From an uncultured Desulfospira sp. (GTDB lineage: Bacteria; Desulfobacterota; Desulfobacteria; Desulfobacterales; Desulfobacteraceae), in assembly GCA_963663165.1 (NCBI GenBank), contig OY760175.1, forward strand, positions 3,744,001-3,808,000: a DNA stretch of 64,000 nt. Direction: 5' to 3'. This document shows, in pieces, positions 20,212 through 29,586 of this stretch; position 1 is the stretch's first letter, and the number at the start of each line of letters is the position of its first letter. Below the pieces are notes generated by a model. It did not search any database, was not told the origin of the DNA, and worked only from the letters and a program-made list of their open reading frames with translations. Made by a program: the position numbers and the translations under genes.

Positions 20212-21480
20212 TTAGCAAACGCCATAATCGAATACCGCTTTTGTCATTGCTTCAACATTTTCTATTTTCGAATCAGGTGGGACACCGTCTACTGCCCCGT
20301 CCACAATGAGCCCCCCCGTGTCTTTGAAAGTATCTATAAGATTCTTTACATAATCTTCAACTTCCGATGGGTTGCCTGTAACAAGCAAGTGAGATGGAAC
20401 ATTCCCCCAAAAGCACATCATATCTCCCAATATATCCTTGAACTTTTTAAGATCAATGGCATCAAAATGGCCGGCAATTTTTCCGGGCGGAAGTGTTGCC
20501 AGATATTTTAACCGGCTGGTATAATTACCTTCGAAGAATGGAACCGGTGTTAAATCCGCATCAATGAGCTGCAAAAGAAGATATTCCAGGGAAGGCCAAT
20601 AAAATTTTTTAAACTGTTCATCGGACATGAATCCATCGGCCCCCTTATGAAGCGGAATAAAAACCATTTTGCTGTCACTGAGTTTTGCAGATACGATGGA
20701 CGCCTCGGTCCTTTCAGGGGTAAACACGTCAATCATCTTGATCAGCTTATCCGGCTGACGGTACATATCAAGGATGGTGCCTTTTAATCCCCTTAAATCA
20801 TCCGCAATCCAGTCAAACGTTGTTTTGGCTACAGCAAACCCCATACTTGGAAACCCCATTTGCCTAAGATCATCTCTAATGCTGGTATGTGCGTTATGGC
20901 ATTGTTGCATTTCACTGCCAAAATCTAAAATTGTCTCAAGTAAATTTTTCATCTCCGGTGAATTTATGAAATTCCCAAGCCCAAACATCAGTGATGACCC
21001 GCTTGAGAACAGATAAAGCGGCGGCAATTTTTGAAGGGGCACCAAACTCGCTGCAATCCGCGGCCATAATTTACGGATTATAAATCCATCCGGATTTTTT
21101 AAAATTTCATCGTATTCATCTGCCTGCAGGTACTCCTTTTCCATATACTGATAACAGTTGTCATCATCAAGGTGTCGGCCCGGCCATTTATAAGTTTGAA
21201 TGCCTATCAGATCCATGGCAGGAGCCGGCAGAATCGAGAGGGTCTGGGGGGCCATATCCCAGTTTAATTTCGCCAGGCCGGTTTTCCATGCCTTGGCCAG
21301 TTTTGCGTAGTCATACATGGCTTCCCTGTTGGAAATCCCCCCGTATCTGGTTAAAAAAAAGCCGGCCAGGCTGACAATTGGAACTCTATCGGGCTTTTTC
21401 AGTTGTATGGCGTCATTTATCCTTTTTAACCTTGAATTATAAATTTCATCTTTTTCCAGATTTGAGAATTCTTCACCCAT
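20212..21480 (-). CDS. UROD-family protein, paralog of 18925-20181
   Basis: KPDRVP, LRGLKGTILDMYR, PLHKG, FYWPSL, GNVP; start moved to MGEEF (RBS GGAG). Confidence 0.8.
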   Translation of the reverse strand: MGEEFSNLEKDEIYNSRLKRINDAIQLKKPDRVPIVSLAGFFLTRYGGISNREAMYDYAKLAKAWKTGLAKLNWDMAPQTLSILPAPAMDLIGIQTYKWPGRHLDDDNCYQYMEKEYLQADEYDEILKNPDGFIIRKLWPRIAASLVPLQKLPPLYLFSSGSSLMFGLGNFINSPEMKNLLETILDFGSEMQQCHNAHTSIRDDLRQMGFPSMGFAVAKTTFDWIADDLRGLKGTILDMYRQPDKLIKMIDVFTPERTEASIVSAKLSDSKMVFIPLHKGADGFMSDEQFKKFYWPSLEYLLLQLIDADLTPVPFFEGNYTSRLKYLATLPPGKIAGHFDAIDLKKFKDILGDMMCFWGNVPSHLLVTGNPSEVEDYVKNLIDTFKDTGGLIVDGAVDGVPPDSKIENVEAMTKAVFDYGVC

Positions 21481-21537
21481 CTTGTTTCTCCGTATTCGCA
21501 TTGCAATGTGTTTGGATCCTGACCCAGATATTTCGGG

Positions 21538-22041
21538 CTAAACAATTTTTTTTACCATGTTCGCGCCCCAGAGAATGAGATCTACTATCAATACAATGAT
21601 TAAAACAACAAAACCAAACAATTCAAGGCACATGAATATGTACTTGGGGAGATATAGAACCGCGCTGAAATTTTGAATACTGTACTCGTAATAGGCCTGA
21701 ACACCGGCTGCGGATACCATAAATACAGTTAAGGTTAACATGCATAAATAATTTAAAAAATCAAAAACCGGCTGAATTTTTTCAGGAAACAGATCATACA
21801 GCAAAGACATTGAAACATTTTTTTTCTGGGCCTGCACATTGGCAAGAGATAAAAAAACCAGGGGGACCATTGAAAGTTGAACGATTTCGTATGAGCCCAA
21901 TAAACCGGTTCCCATTGCGCGCAAACAGACCTCGGCCACAAGAACCAGCATCATCACCACTAAAAATAATGACCCCAGCGTGCTGAAAAGGTATGAAAGT
22001 CCACCGACGCCTTTTTCCAGCTTTAAGAAAAAATTATCCAT
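21538..22041 (-). CDS. dctQ: TRAP transporter small permease
   Basis: 167 aa, 4 TM, GSYEIVQ; adjacent to dctP/dctM. Confidence 0.85.
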   Translation of the reverse strand: MDNFFLKLEKGVGGLSYLFSTLGSLFLVVMMLVLVAEVCLRAMGTGLLGSYEIVQLSMVPLVFLSLANVQAQKKNVSMSLLYDLFPEKIQPVFDFLNYLCMLTLTVFMVSAAGVQAYYEYSIQNFSAVLYLPKYIFMCLELFGFVVLIIVLIVDLILWGANMVKKIV

Positions 22042-22162
22042 ACACCATCTCCAATGAATTGACTGCCTTTACTGTACCTATGGCTTAAAATAAACGCTTT
22101 CATAACAGATGCTTATATATTTTTCAGCACGTTTGGCAATTTTATAAACCACCAGGCTTTAA

Positions 22163-22205
22163 AGTCGCCTGCCCTTTTCGTATTTAATAAAGAGCAGGCG
22201 CGACT
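22163..22205 (-). terminator. Stem-loop after dctP (terminator or mRNA stabiliser)
   Basis: agtcgcctgc...gcaggcgcgact imperfect stem. Confidence 0.5.
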
Positions 22206-22231
22206 GCTTATCAGACAGGTTGCTGGCTCTA

Positions 22232-23260
22232 TCAGTTTTTATACTTTTCCAGATTTTTCATAAACGCTTCTGTGGTTTCCCTTGCAGGCCGTTTTCTTTT
22301 TTCCTCCAGCTTATACCATTGTTCCCAGGCCGCATGGGCTTTTTCCGTCCACTTTTCGGCCTCTTCCAGCGGAATTGTATAGGTGGTATCGCTGAATTCA
22401 GACTTGGCTCTTTTAACACAACTAGAGACAACATCGTCGTACCATTCATCCAGCCTGGCACCGAATTTGGTACCGCACTCATCCATAACTTTTTTCAAGT
22501 CATCTGAGAGGCCGTTGTATTTGGATTTATTCATCACAATGTACAATGCCGGCGAGTATAAATTAACGATGGTGTAGTTCTTTGTCACATCCCAAAGATT
22601 GTAATCATTTACCGCAGTAAATGAAAATACATAACCGTCAATCACATGTTTGTCCATGCTCTCCCATGTTTCTGTAATCGGAATATTCATTGGTTGAGCG
22701 CCTGCATTTTTCATAAATTCCGTCTGGGCTCCGGGTGAGACTCGAATTCTCATGCCTTTGAGATCCTCAAATGTTTTTACCAGTTTGTTGGTGGTACCGA
22801 TGACAGCCCCACCGCCAATGGCTTGAAGCGCAAAGACCTTAACATCTTTCCATTCCTTCTGGTATGCTTCATTTGTTCTCCAAAGCTCCATGAGCGCTTT
22901 ACTTCCAACCGGTGCATTGGGAATATCCATCATCGGCAGTGTTGTCATGGCGGTTAACGGGTGGATTCCGGGAGTCATGGTTGCTGTGGTATAGGCAAGA
23001 TCGGCCACCCCGTTAACGACTGAAGAAAAGGCCTGTGGCGGCGGGCATAAGGTGGGGCCGCCAAAAACAGTAATTTTAAGTCTTCCGTTTGATTTTGCTG
23101 CAACATCATCTGCAAAATCCTGAACCATTTGAGCGGCCACGCTGCCCGGCGCATTCGGGATGGTCATTCGAAGCTCCTGGGTCTTGGCGACAAGCGATAC
23201 CGGAAGGCAGACAAGAACAATTAGAGCGACAAAAGGAATAATCATAGTTTTTTTGTGCAT
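22232..23260 (-). CDS. dctP: TRAP transporter substrate-binding protein
   Basis: Signal peptide; SNGRLKITVF, DLKGMRIR, MNKSKYNGLSDDLK. Confidence 0.9.
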   Translation of the reverse strand: MHKKTMIIPFVALIVLVCLPVSLVAKTQELRMTIPNAPGSVAAQMVQDFADDVAAKSNGRLKITVFGGPTLCPPPQAFSSVVNGVADLAYTTATMTPGIHPLTAMTTLPMMDIPNAPVGSKALMELWRTNEAYQKEWKDVKVFALQAIGGGAVIGTTNKLVKTFEDLKGMRIRVSPGAQTEFMKNAGAQPMNIPITETWESMDKHVIDGYVFSFTAVNDYNLWDVTKNYTIVNLYSPALYIVMNKSKYNGLSDDLKKVMDECGTKFGARLDEWYDDVVSSCVKRAKSEFSDTTYTIPLEEAEKWTEKAHAAWEQWYKLEEKRKRPARETTEAFMKNLEKYKN

Positions 23261-23359
23261 GGTTTTCTCCTTTGGTTTGTTTGGCTTACATCCACATCTA
23301 AATCAGCTGATATGAAAGGTTGTTATATTAATCAACTATCCACATTCAGCCATTACCAT

Positions 23360-24664
23360 TTATCCTTGCATACTATTGGGTAAAAACATTACAATCTCGG
23401 GAAATAAAAAAATAACAAACGAAAAAATAAGAATGCATATAATATAAGGAATCACTGCCAGCATTAACCCTTTTAACTCAATCTCATCAGAAATTCCTTT
23501 GACGGCAAAGAGCACCATACCGACAGGGGGTGTAATTAATGCTGTTTCTATGAACACGACGATCATAACGCCAAACCAGATCGGATCAAATCCCAGTTTC
23601 CTGACAATAGGGAAAATGATGGGAACGGTCAGAGTAAGAATAGACATTGAGTCCATTACACACCCTAAAACAAAATAGGCCATCACGATACAGACGAAAA
23701 CCGCCGTAGGGGGGAATCCCAGGTTGCCTATCCAATTGGACAGACTAGCAGGCAACCCGGATATGGCCAGAAAATAGTTCATGATCATGGCACCGATCAA
23801 AATAATAAACGCCATGGCGCTTGTTAAGCATGCATCTTTAATAGCCGTCATGAATTTTTTAGCTGACATATTGCGCGATACTATCCCATAGACAAGAACG
23901 ATAAACGCCCCGACTCCCGCGGCCTCAGAAGCGGTAAAAACACCTTTATAAATTCCGCCGATGATCACAACAAACACGCATAAAATAGGCAGGATATCAA
24001 AAAATGCACCCACGCGCTCTTTCAGACCATGACGTTTGCCTTTAGGGGCTGCCCCAGGACGAATGGTAACGATAATCAAGGCTGTCGCCATATACATTGC
24101 CAAAAGCAACACCCCCGGTATAAACAATGCCAACAGGACCTTTCCAACCGACTGTTCCGTAAGAATGGCATAAATTACAGCGATAACACTGGGGGGAATC
24201 AGAATCCCCAGACTCCCTCCCGCAACTACGGTTGCAGCAGAAAAATTCGGGTCATAATTGTATCTTTTCATATCTGGGATCGCCACTTTGCCCATGGCTG
24301 CGGAAGTTGCAAGGCTGGATCCGCTGATGGCTGCAAAAATACCGCAGGCCAACAGGGTGGCCATTGCCAGGCCGGCTTTAAAATGCCCCACCAGCTTATA
24401 GGCGGATGAGTACAGTTTTTTGGTCATTCCCCCCTGAAACGCGAACTCTCCCAAAAGGATAAATAAAGGAACGACACTGAAACTGTATGATGCAATACTG
24501 GCATACGGTGTCGTCTTGAGAACGCCAAACGCGCCTCCAAACCCGGTGATGGCCCAGGTTCCGCCGAATCCGACCAGAATCATGGCGTATCCCACCGGCA
24601 GGCGCATAAATAAAAGTATGAACAAAATTGCGATACCCGTTAATCCGATCATTTGGCTATACAC
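23360..24664 (-). CDS. dctM: TRAP transporter large permease
   Basis: VPLFILLG, GILIPPS, ITPPVG. Confidence 0.93.
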   Translation of the reverse strand: MYSQMIGLTGIAILFILLFMRLPVGYAMILVGFGGTWAITGFGGAFGVLKTTPYASIASYSFSVVPLFILLGEFAFQGGMTKKLYSSAYKLVGHFKAGLAMATLLACGIFAAISGSSLATSAAMGKVAIPDMKRYNYDPNFSAATVVAGGSLGILIPPSVIAVIYAILTEQSVGKVLLALFIPGVLLLAMYMATALIIVTIRPGAAPKGKRHGLKERVGAFFDILPILCVFVVIIGGIYKGVFTASEAAGVGAFIVLVYGIVSRNMSAKKFMTAIKDACLTSAMAFIILIGAMIMNYFLAISGLPASLSNWIGNLGFPPTAVFVCIVMAYFVLGCVMDSMSILTLTVPIIFPIVRKLGFDPIWFGVMIVVFIETALITPPVGMVLFAVKGISDEIELKGLMLAVIPYIICILIFSFVIFLFPEIVMFLPNSMQG

Positions 24665-24740
24665 GTCTTATTGCCTCATCTCTTCTTTGTTCGCCGGTAT
24701 GTTCCGGAAAACGGATTTATTGATAGAATGTCACGGATGA

Positions 24741-24771
24741 TATATAAAGTTATCTATATAACTTTGTCAAG
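24741..24771 (-). promoter_or_regulatory. Sigma70 promoter plus operator for the dctM-dctP-dctQ-UROD-UROD operon
   Basis: Minus strand cTTGACAaAGTTATATAGATAACTttatata. Confidence 0.8.
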
Positions 24772-24892
24772 CGTTTTTTTAAACACAAACAAACCGCTTG
24801 ATTTTTAAGGATTATTTAACAATATACAAGATAAATTATTGAGCAAAAATCAATCTTGACGGTTTTGGCCAAACCATTTATATAGATAGATT

Positions 24893-25660
24893 ATGACACC
24901 GCTTAAAAGCCAACACCTTCAAAATACAGAAATAGTGATTGACCGGCAGTCTCATGAGCCGGCCTATATCCAGATCTGTAACTTGTTAAAAGAGCAAATT
25001 GCCAAGGGGGTTTACCTGCCGGGCAGCAAGTTGCCCTCAGAGTCCGCACTGCGCCGCCTTCACAAGGTCAGCCCCATGACGGTGAGGCGTTCTATAAAAA
25101 TGCTGATCGACCAAGGGGTTGTGACAACTGTCCAGGGAAGCGGCACCTTTGTCAAAGCACCGGATTTTGATCATGTCACGTTCTCCTTGAAAGAATTTTC
25201 CTATATTTTCAAAGACAGCAACCGGGCAAAGGTGAAACTGCTGGAGGTGAAGACCCGGAAAAGTGACCCGGAAACTGCCCGGTGGCTCCAGATAGAAGAA
25301 GGGACACGGGTGATTCTGCTTCGAAGGGTCCTGCTCAAGGACGGTGATCCGGTTATTTATCAGGAAGAAAACCTGGTGTATGACCCTACCCGGCCCATTA
25401 TTGAGACGGAAATGGAAGTAAACAGCCTGTACGGACTTTTTGAAGGCAATGGACAGTCATTTATGAAACGGAGCGATTTGACCATCGAAGCCATGGTCCT
25501 GAACCAGGAAGAGTCAAAAATCTTAAATACCATACCGCTCCAGCCGGCCTTCAGAATCGAACATCTGTTTTATGATTTTGAAGATAAGCCCTTGAGTTGG
25601 GGGCAGTTTATTTGCAGGGGGGATCAGCTTCGGTTTAAGACAACCGTCGGGCTGGTGTAA
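24893..25660 (+). CDS. GntR-family regulator (HutC subfamily, UTRA domain)
   Basis: PAYIQI, LPSESAL, VSPMTVRR, QGSGTFV; C-terminal UTRA-like domain. Confidence 0.92.
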   Translation: MTPLKSQHLQNTEIVIDRQSHEPAYIQICNLLKEQIAKGVYLPGSKLPSESALRRLHKVSPMTVRRSIKMLIDQGVVTTVQGSGTFVKAPDFDHVTFSLKEFSYIFKDSNRAKVKLLEVKTRKSDPETARWLQIEEGTRVILLRRVLLKDGDPVIYQEENLVYDPTRPIIETEMEVNSLYGLFEGNGQSFMKRSDLTIEAMVLNQEESKILNTIPLQPAFRIEHLFYDFEDKPLSWGQFICRGDQLRFKTTVGLV

Positions 25661-25688
25661 CTATAACTGAATAGTTTTACGGGAAAAA

Positions 25689-26348
25689 ATGCCGAACAAA
25701 GAAATGGACAATCTGGTAAAACTGGGCACCCTGATCAGCGATTTAAATGAAAAGCGTGCGCTTGAACTGACGCAGCAGTTAATCTATGACGGTTCGGATC
25801 CTGTTAAAATCATTGAATATGCGCACAAAGGGATGGCGGAGGTCGGCCAGAAATATGAAAAAGAGATCTATTTTATTTCGGGCCTGGTGATGGCCGGAGA
25901 AATCATGCAGCAGATCGGGCAGATGGTCCTGCCGCTGACCGTGGGAAAGCCGTTTGGAAAAACCGTTGGAAAACTTCTGGTCGGGACAGTGGAAGGTGAT
26001 ATCCATTATATTGGAAAAGATATTTTCAAAGCCATGCTCAGCGGTCACGGATTTACTGTCATGGACCTGGGGGTGGATGTCACCAAAGAAAAATTTTTAT
26101 CCGGTGTGCAGGAGTTTAAACCGGATATCATTGGGTTTTCCTGTCTGATCACCGCCTGTATCACCACCCTGGCGGAAACCATCACCTATCTGCGGTCCAA
26201 TATTCCCAAAGAAATCGCCCCCAAAGCATATCTTGCCGGGGGGTGGATGATGGGAAGCCGGGAGTGCCGAACCATTGGTGCCGATCTGTGTACCATGGAC
26301 AGCATGGAGGGGGTCCGGTTATGCCAGAAGACCATGGGGCTTGTTTAA
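25689..26348 (+). CDS. Stand-alone B12-binding protein co-oriented with gntR
   Basis: GTVEGDIHYIGK, DLGVDV, SCLIT. Confidence 0.88.
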   Translation: MPNKEMDNLVKLGTLISDLNEKRALELTQQLIYDGSDPVKIIEYAHKGMAEVGQKYEKEIYFISGLVMAGEIMQQIGQMVLPLTVGKPFGKTVGKLLVGTVEGDIHYIGKDIFKAMLSGHGFTVMDLGVDVTKEKFLSGVQEFKPDIIGFSCLITACITTLAETITYLRSNIPKEIAPKAYLAGGWMMGSRECRTIGADLCTMDSMEGVRLCQKTMGLV

Positions 26349-26435
26349 ACGGACATTTCATATAGGTACCCCATAACCACAGCCGGTTAGCGGGTGATAT
26401 TATGGTAATTTGAACCGGAAATTTTCTCTTTGGCC

Positions 26436-26720
26436 TTAGTTTTTTTGAAGAATAACTATAAATTCTTGCCTTAAGCGGGAGGCTATTTTCATTCGATGCT
26501 CACTTTTCCAGCCGTTTTTTTCCAGTGATTGAATAAAATTCTTCTTAATGGGCACGACCCCGTTGGCTTTCCTGGATGGGTGAAGGACAAATTTATCGTT
26601 GCTTTCCGGCCATGTGATAGAATGGATGGCCCCATAAATTTCAGTCAGAATAAGTTCAAATTCTTTTGACTGTGCAAACGTTCCCCGCCTTATCAGGTAT
26701 TCATTCTTTAAAATTTTCAT
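26436..26720 (-). pseudogene. Truncated BamHI-like type II restriction endonuclease
   Basis: WP...F....NGVVPIK resembles the BamHI N-terminal half (from recall); only 94 aa, no catalytic D...ExE region; follows C gene. Confidence 0.75.
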
Positions 26721-26940
26721 TCAGCAGCCCCTCAACTTCATTCACCATTATGGATGCTTTTGTGTTTAGTACTTTGGAAAGAAGCAGGATGGTTTTCAAT
26801 GAGGGTTGTCTTAATCCTCTTTCTAAAAGCGAAATATAACTCCGATCTAAACCGCACTCCTGGGATAGTTTTTCCTGTGATAATTTATTTGAAGTTCTGA
26901 ATTTTCGGAGGACCTGACCAAATATTATTTCAGCATTCAA
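26701..26940 (-). CDS. XRE HTH controller (C) protein of R-M system
   Basis: LSQEKLS, DRSYISLLERGLRQPSL; overlaps R start; RBS AAGGAG. Confidence 0.85.
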   Translation of the reverse strand: MNAEIIFGQVLRKFRTSNKLSQEKLSQECGLDRSYISLLERGLRQPSLKTILLLSKVLNTKASIMVNEVEGLLNENFKE

Positions 26941-26993
26941 ATTTCACCTCTCCTTTATAGCCGGATCCAGCTTACAGAGTTTTGGCCACCGCC

Positions 26994-27010
26994 TCTACAG
27001 ACTATAGTCC
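26994..27010 (-). promoter_or_regulatory. Candidate C-box
   Basis: Minus strand GACTATAGTC-TGTAGA, resembling the GACT..AGTC-TGTA C-box pattern. Confidence 0.6.
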
Positions 27011-27096
27011 GCAATATATTGATTGATAAGTCGCCCGTTATGTGTTACTGACTGTAAAAAACAAGTGAAAATGATTCAAAGGATAAAAAAACAAGG

Positions 27097-28360
27097 ATGC
27101 TTTTTGCTGCACTCAAAATAGAAACCACCCTATCGCTGAGCAGGCTCTCAAAGGCAACGGGAATTCCTGCCAAGCGCTTAAAATATTTATAAGAAAGTCT
27201 CAGTAACGTCCTGAGAAGACTTTCAATATTTGTTGTGGGCGGCTCTTGGTTGGATAACCAAAGCGGCCCGTGGCCGTTATAACGAAACCAACAAACTGCC
27301 ATCCGGATCTGATTTAGACCGGATCTTATCTGAGACCGGGCTTGAAAAAATTGAGTTAATGCCTCGCATGGGGCATTTATCAAGAGAAATCCGATCTTCC
27401 ATCATGGGGAATGCTGAACAGATAGCCAAGTTGATATCACCGGCAAAAGACGAAAAAACGACACCCAAGAGGACACCCCCTGTCTTTCGTACAAAATTGG
27501 GTAGCCTCTACCAATGTGATTGCCTGGACCTGATGGAAACAATGGAGAATGACAGCATTGACCTTGTTTTTGCAGACCCGCCCTTTAATCTGAACAAATT
27601 ATACCCCTCAAAGATAAACGATAATCTGAAATCCGAAGAGTATTTAAAGTGGTGTGAAAAGTGGGCCCTTGAATGTGCCCGGATTTTAAAACATGGGGGG
27701 AGCCTTTTTATCTGGAACCTTCCGAAATGGAACTCTTATCTGTCTGAATTCTTGAACCATACCCTGACATTCAGACATTGGATCTGCGTGGACATTAAAT
27801 ATTCTTTGCCCGTAAAAGGCAGGCTATACCCGTCCCATTATTCTTTGTTGTATTATTGTAAAGGAGAAAAGCCGGCGACATTTCACCCGGACAGACTTCC
27901 AATGGGAATCTGCCCCCATTGTTATGGTGACCTGAAAGATTATGGCGGCTACAAAAATAAGATGAACCCTGACGGGGTTAATATCAGTGATGTCTGGCTG
28001 GACATCCCGCCGGTCAGACATGCTAAATATAAAAAGCGAAACGGTTCAAATGAGTTGTCCATTAACTTGCTGGACCGGATCATTGAAATGGCCTCAAACA
28101 AGGGGGACCTTATATTTGACCCCTTTGGCGGCTCAGGCACAACCTATGCGGTTGCTGAAATAAAGGGACGGCGATGGATCGGGACAGAAATCGGGCCCGT
28201 TGAAACGATTGCCGAGCGATTTAACCACATTCATGAAGATCAGGAAAACCTGAACAGAATCAGGAAAGATATCAACGCCCTTATTCCTGATAAATACTAT
28301 CACAAAAGAGTGGAAAAGGGGTTGTGGACCCCGGACTCTTTCAGGGAAAAAGCATCTTAA
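27097..28360 (+). pseudogene. BamHI-like N4-cytosine DNA methyltransferase interrupted by a 91-bp insertion
   Basis: FADPPFNL before DPFGGSGTT (beta class), CPHC, DYGGYKNKMNP; removing 27187-27277 joins MLFAALK...RLKY to YNETNKLP in frame. Confidence 0.8.
27188..27276 (-). mobile_element. 89-bp non-coding hairpin element flanked by TT/TT
   Basis: 7 mismatches versus 38550-38638; disrupts the methylase frame. Confidence 0.85.
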
Positions 28361-28470
28361 CCGGCAACTATCCGTTCAAATACCAGATTTTTACATTTTT
28401 TACATCCCGGTTCATCGGCACCCCTCCCTGCACCGGGCTGCTATTTTGACTGGTTGTTTACCCCGGACAG

Positions 28471-28706
28471 GCCCCTGTTGCAATTAACAACAGGGGCATT
28501 CAAAGCGCAATAACAGCTTAACTAATTGATATATCAAAAAATAATTTTATACGCACCCGGGTGTATTTCAGATTGAAACAACCCCGGGGTTAATTAGGCA
28601 TCCGGATTTTAAGCCTGCCTCATTGGCGGAACGCCGGCATTCCCGCTTTACGACACCTGAAATTCATTTTTTTTATTTTTTATTCTTCCCTGGTATACAA
28701 AATGCT
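28471..28706 (+). promoter_or_regulatory. Sigma54 promoter with candidate enhancer and IHF sites
   Basis: TGGTATACAAAATGCT 28691-706 (GG-N10-GC); TGTTGCAATTAACAACA 28476-92; TATTTCAGATTGAAACA 28564-80; IHF consensus TATCAATTAGTTA (rev, 28519-31). Confidence 0.7.
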
Positions 28707-28769
28707 TTTCCCTGTTTCTAAGAAGATCGGAGAAAAAACCTTAAACCCGAAAGAAAACAGGAGATTCTC

Positions 28770-28949
28770 ATGAAAGCCGAAATTTTTAAATCCTTGGAAG
28801 ACTTAATGACCGCCGTAACGTTTGCCGAAAAAAACCTGCATGAGGATGCCCTTATCATGATGGGCAGCCGGTCTGAAAGAAACCGGGCCCGGCAGAACAA
28901 CAGAAAAGAAAATCGCCAGGAAGATTCAAGACCCCGGATGCGCCTTTAG
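28770..28949 (+). CDS. 59-aa small protein with AVTFAE motif (not in ORF track)
   Basis: RBS AGGAG; MKAEIFKSLEDLMTAVTFAEKNLHEDAL...RPRMRL*; directly behind sigma54 promoter. Confidence 0.8.
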   Translation: MKAEIFKSLEDLMTAVTFAEKNLHEDALIMMGSRSERNRARQNNRKENRQEDSRPRMRL

Positions 28950-28978
28950 TCCATGCCTGAAAAGGAGAAAAGCAAACC

Positions 28979-29494
28979 ATGAAACAGGTTCTTCTGGCCA
29001 CAAACGGGGAAGCGCCCTCCCCAAAGGCCTTTTTCTATGCCGTTGACTTAAGCCAAAGGGTACGGGCCCGGTTGAGTATCCTTTGTTTCATTGAAAAGGA
29101 ACGGCTTGAGGCCCATTTGGTGAAAACCAGGAAAAAAGCCGTCGGCATGAGCCGATTTCTTGAGGATTCCTTCGCAGATGCCGGTCTTGCCCAGGGGGGG
29201 CTGTTTCTAGATGCAGATCAGGTCCAAAGCGGGGTCTGCCCCCCCCTCAAAGAAATGCTCAAGGGGAACATTACCGGTGTTGACTTGGAAGTAACCGTCA
29301 GCGGCGGTGATCCTGAAACCGACATAGAACCTTTTGTTGAATCCCATCGCAACGTCATCCTTACTATTCTGGATTCCTCAAAAAAAGGAGACAGCCCCGG
29401 CAAGAAAAAAGCCCTCATCAACCTGCTTAAACGAAAACTCGGGGTTCCCCTGGTTGTTGTGAAATCCGGCACGGCTGAGCCTTCCAACGCTTGA
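28979..29494 (+). CDS. Universal stress protein-like
   Basis: VLLATNG...AFFYAVDL N-terminus; VPLVVVK C-terminus. Confidence 0.7.
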   Translation: MKQVLLATNGEAPSPKAFFYAVDLSQRVRARLSILCFIEKERLEAHLVKTRKKAVGMSRFLEDSFADAGLAQGGLFLDADQVQSGVCPPLKEMLKGNITGVDLEVTVSGGDPETDIEPFVESHRNVILTILDSSKKGDSPGKKKALINLLKRKLGVPLVVVKSGTAEPSNA

Positions 29495-29507
29495 ATTTCA
29501 AATAATA

Positions 29508-29538
29508 CTGCCCCCCGTATCGCTCAGAGGGGGGCAGC
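29508..29538. terminator. GC-rich hairpin between convergent genes
   Basis: ctgcccccc...ggggggcag. Confidence 0.55.
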
Positions 29539-29586
29539 CGGTATGATTTCCTGTCTTAACCCGGATGTTTCATAAAACGGTTACGA

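Noticed and set aside
18925..21480. hemE call for the UROD-family genes
   Set aside because: Lack the W.MRQAGR HemE signature; corrinoid context.
27230..27277. Track start MLWAALGWITKAARGR for the methylase
   Set aside because: Derived from the inserted element; the native N-terminus is upstream in another frame.
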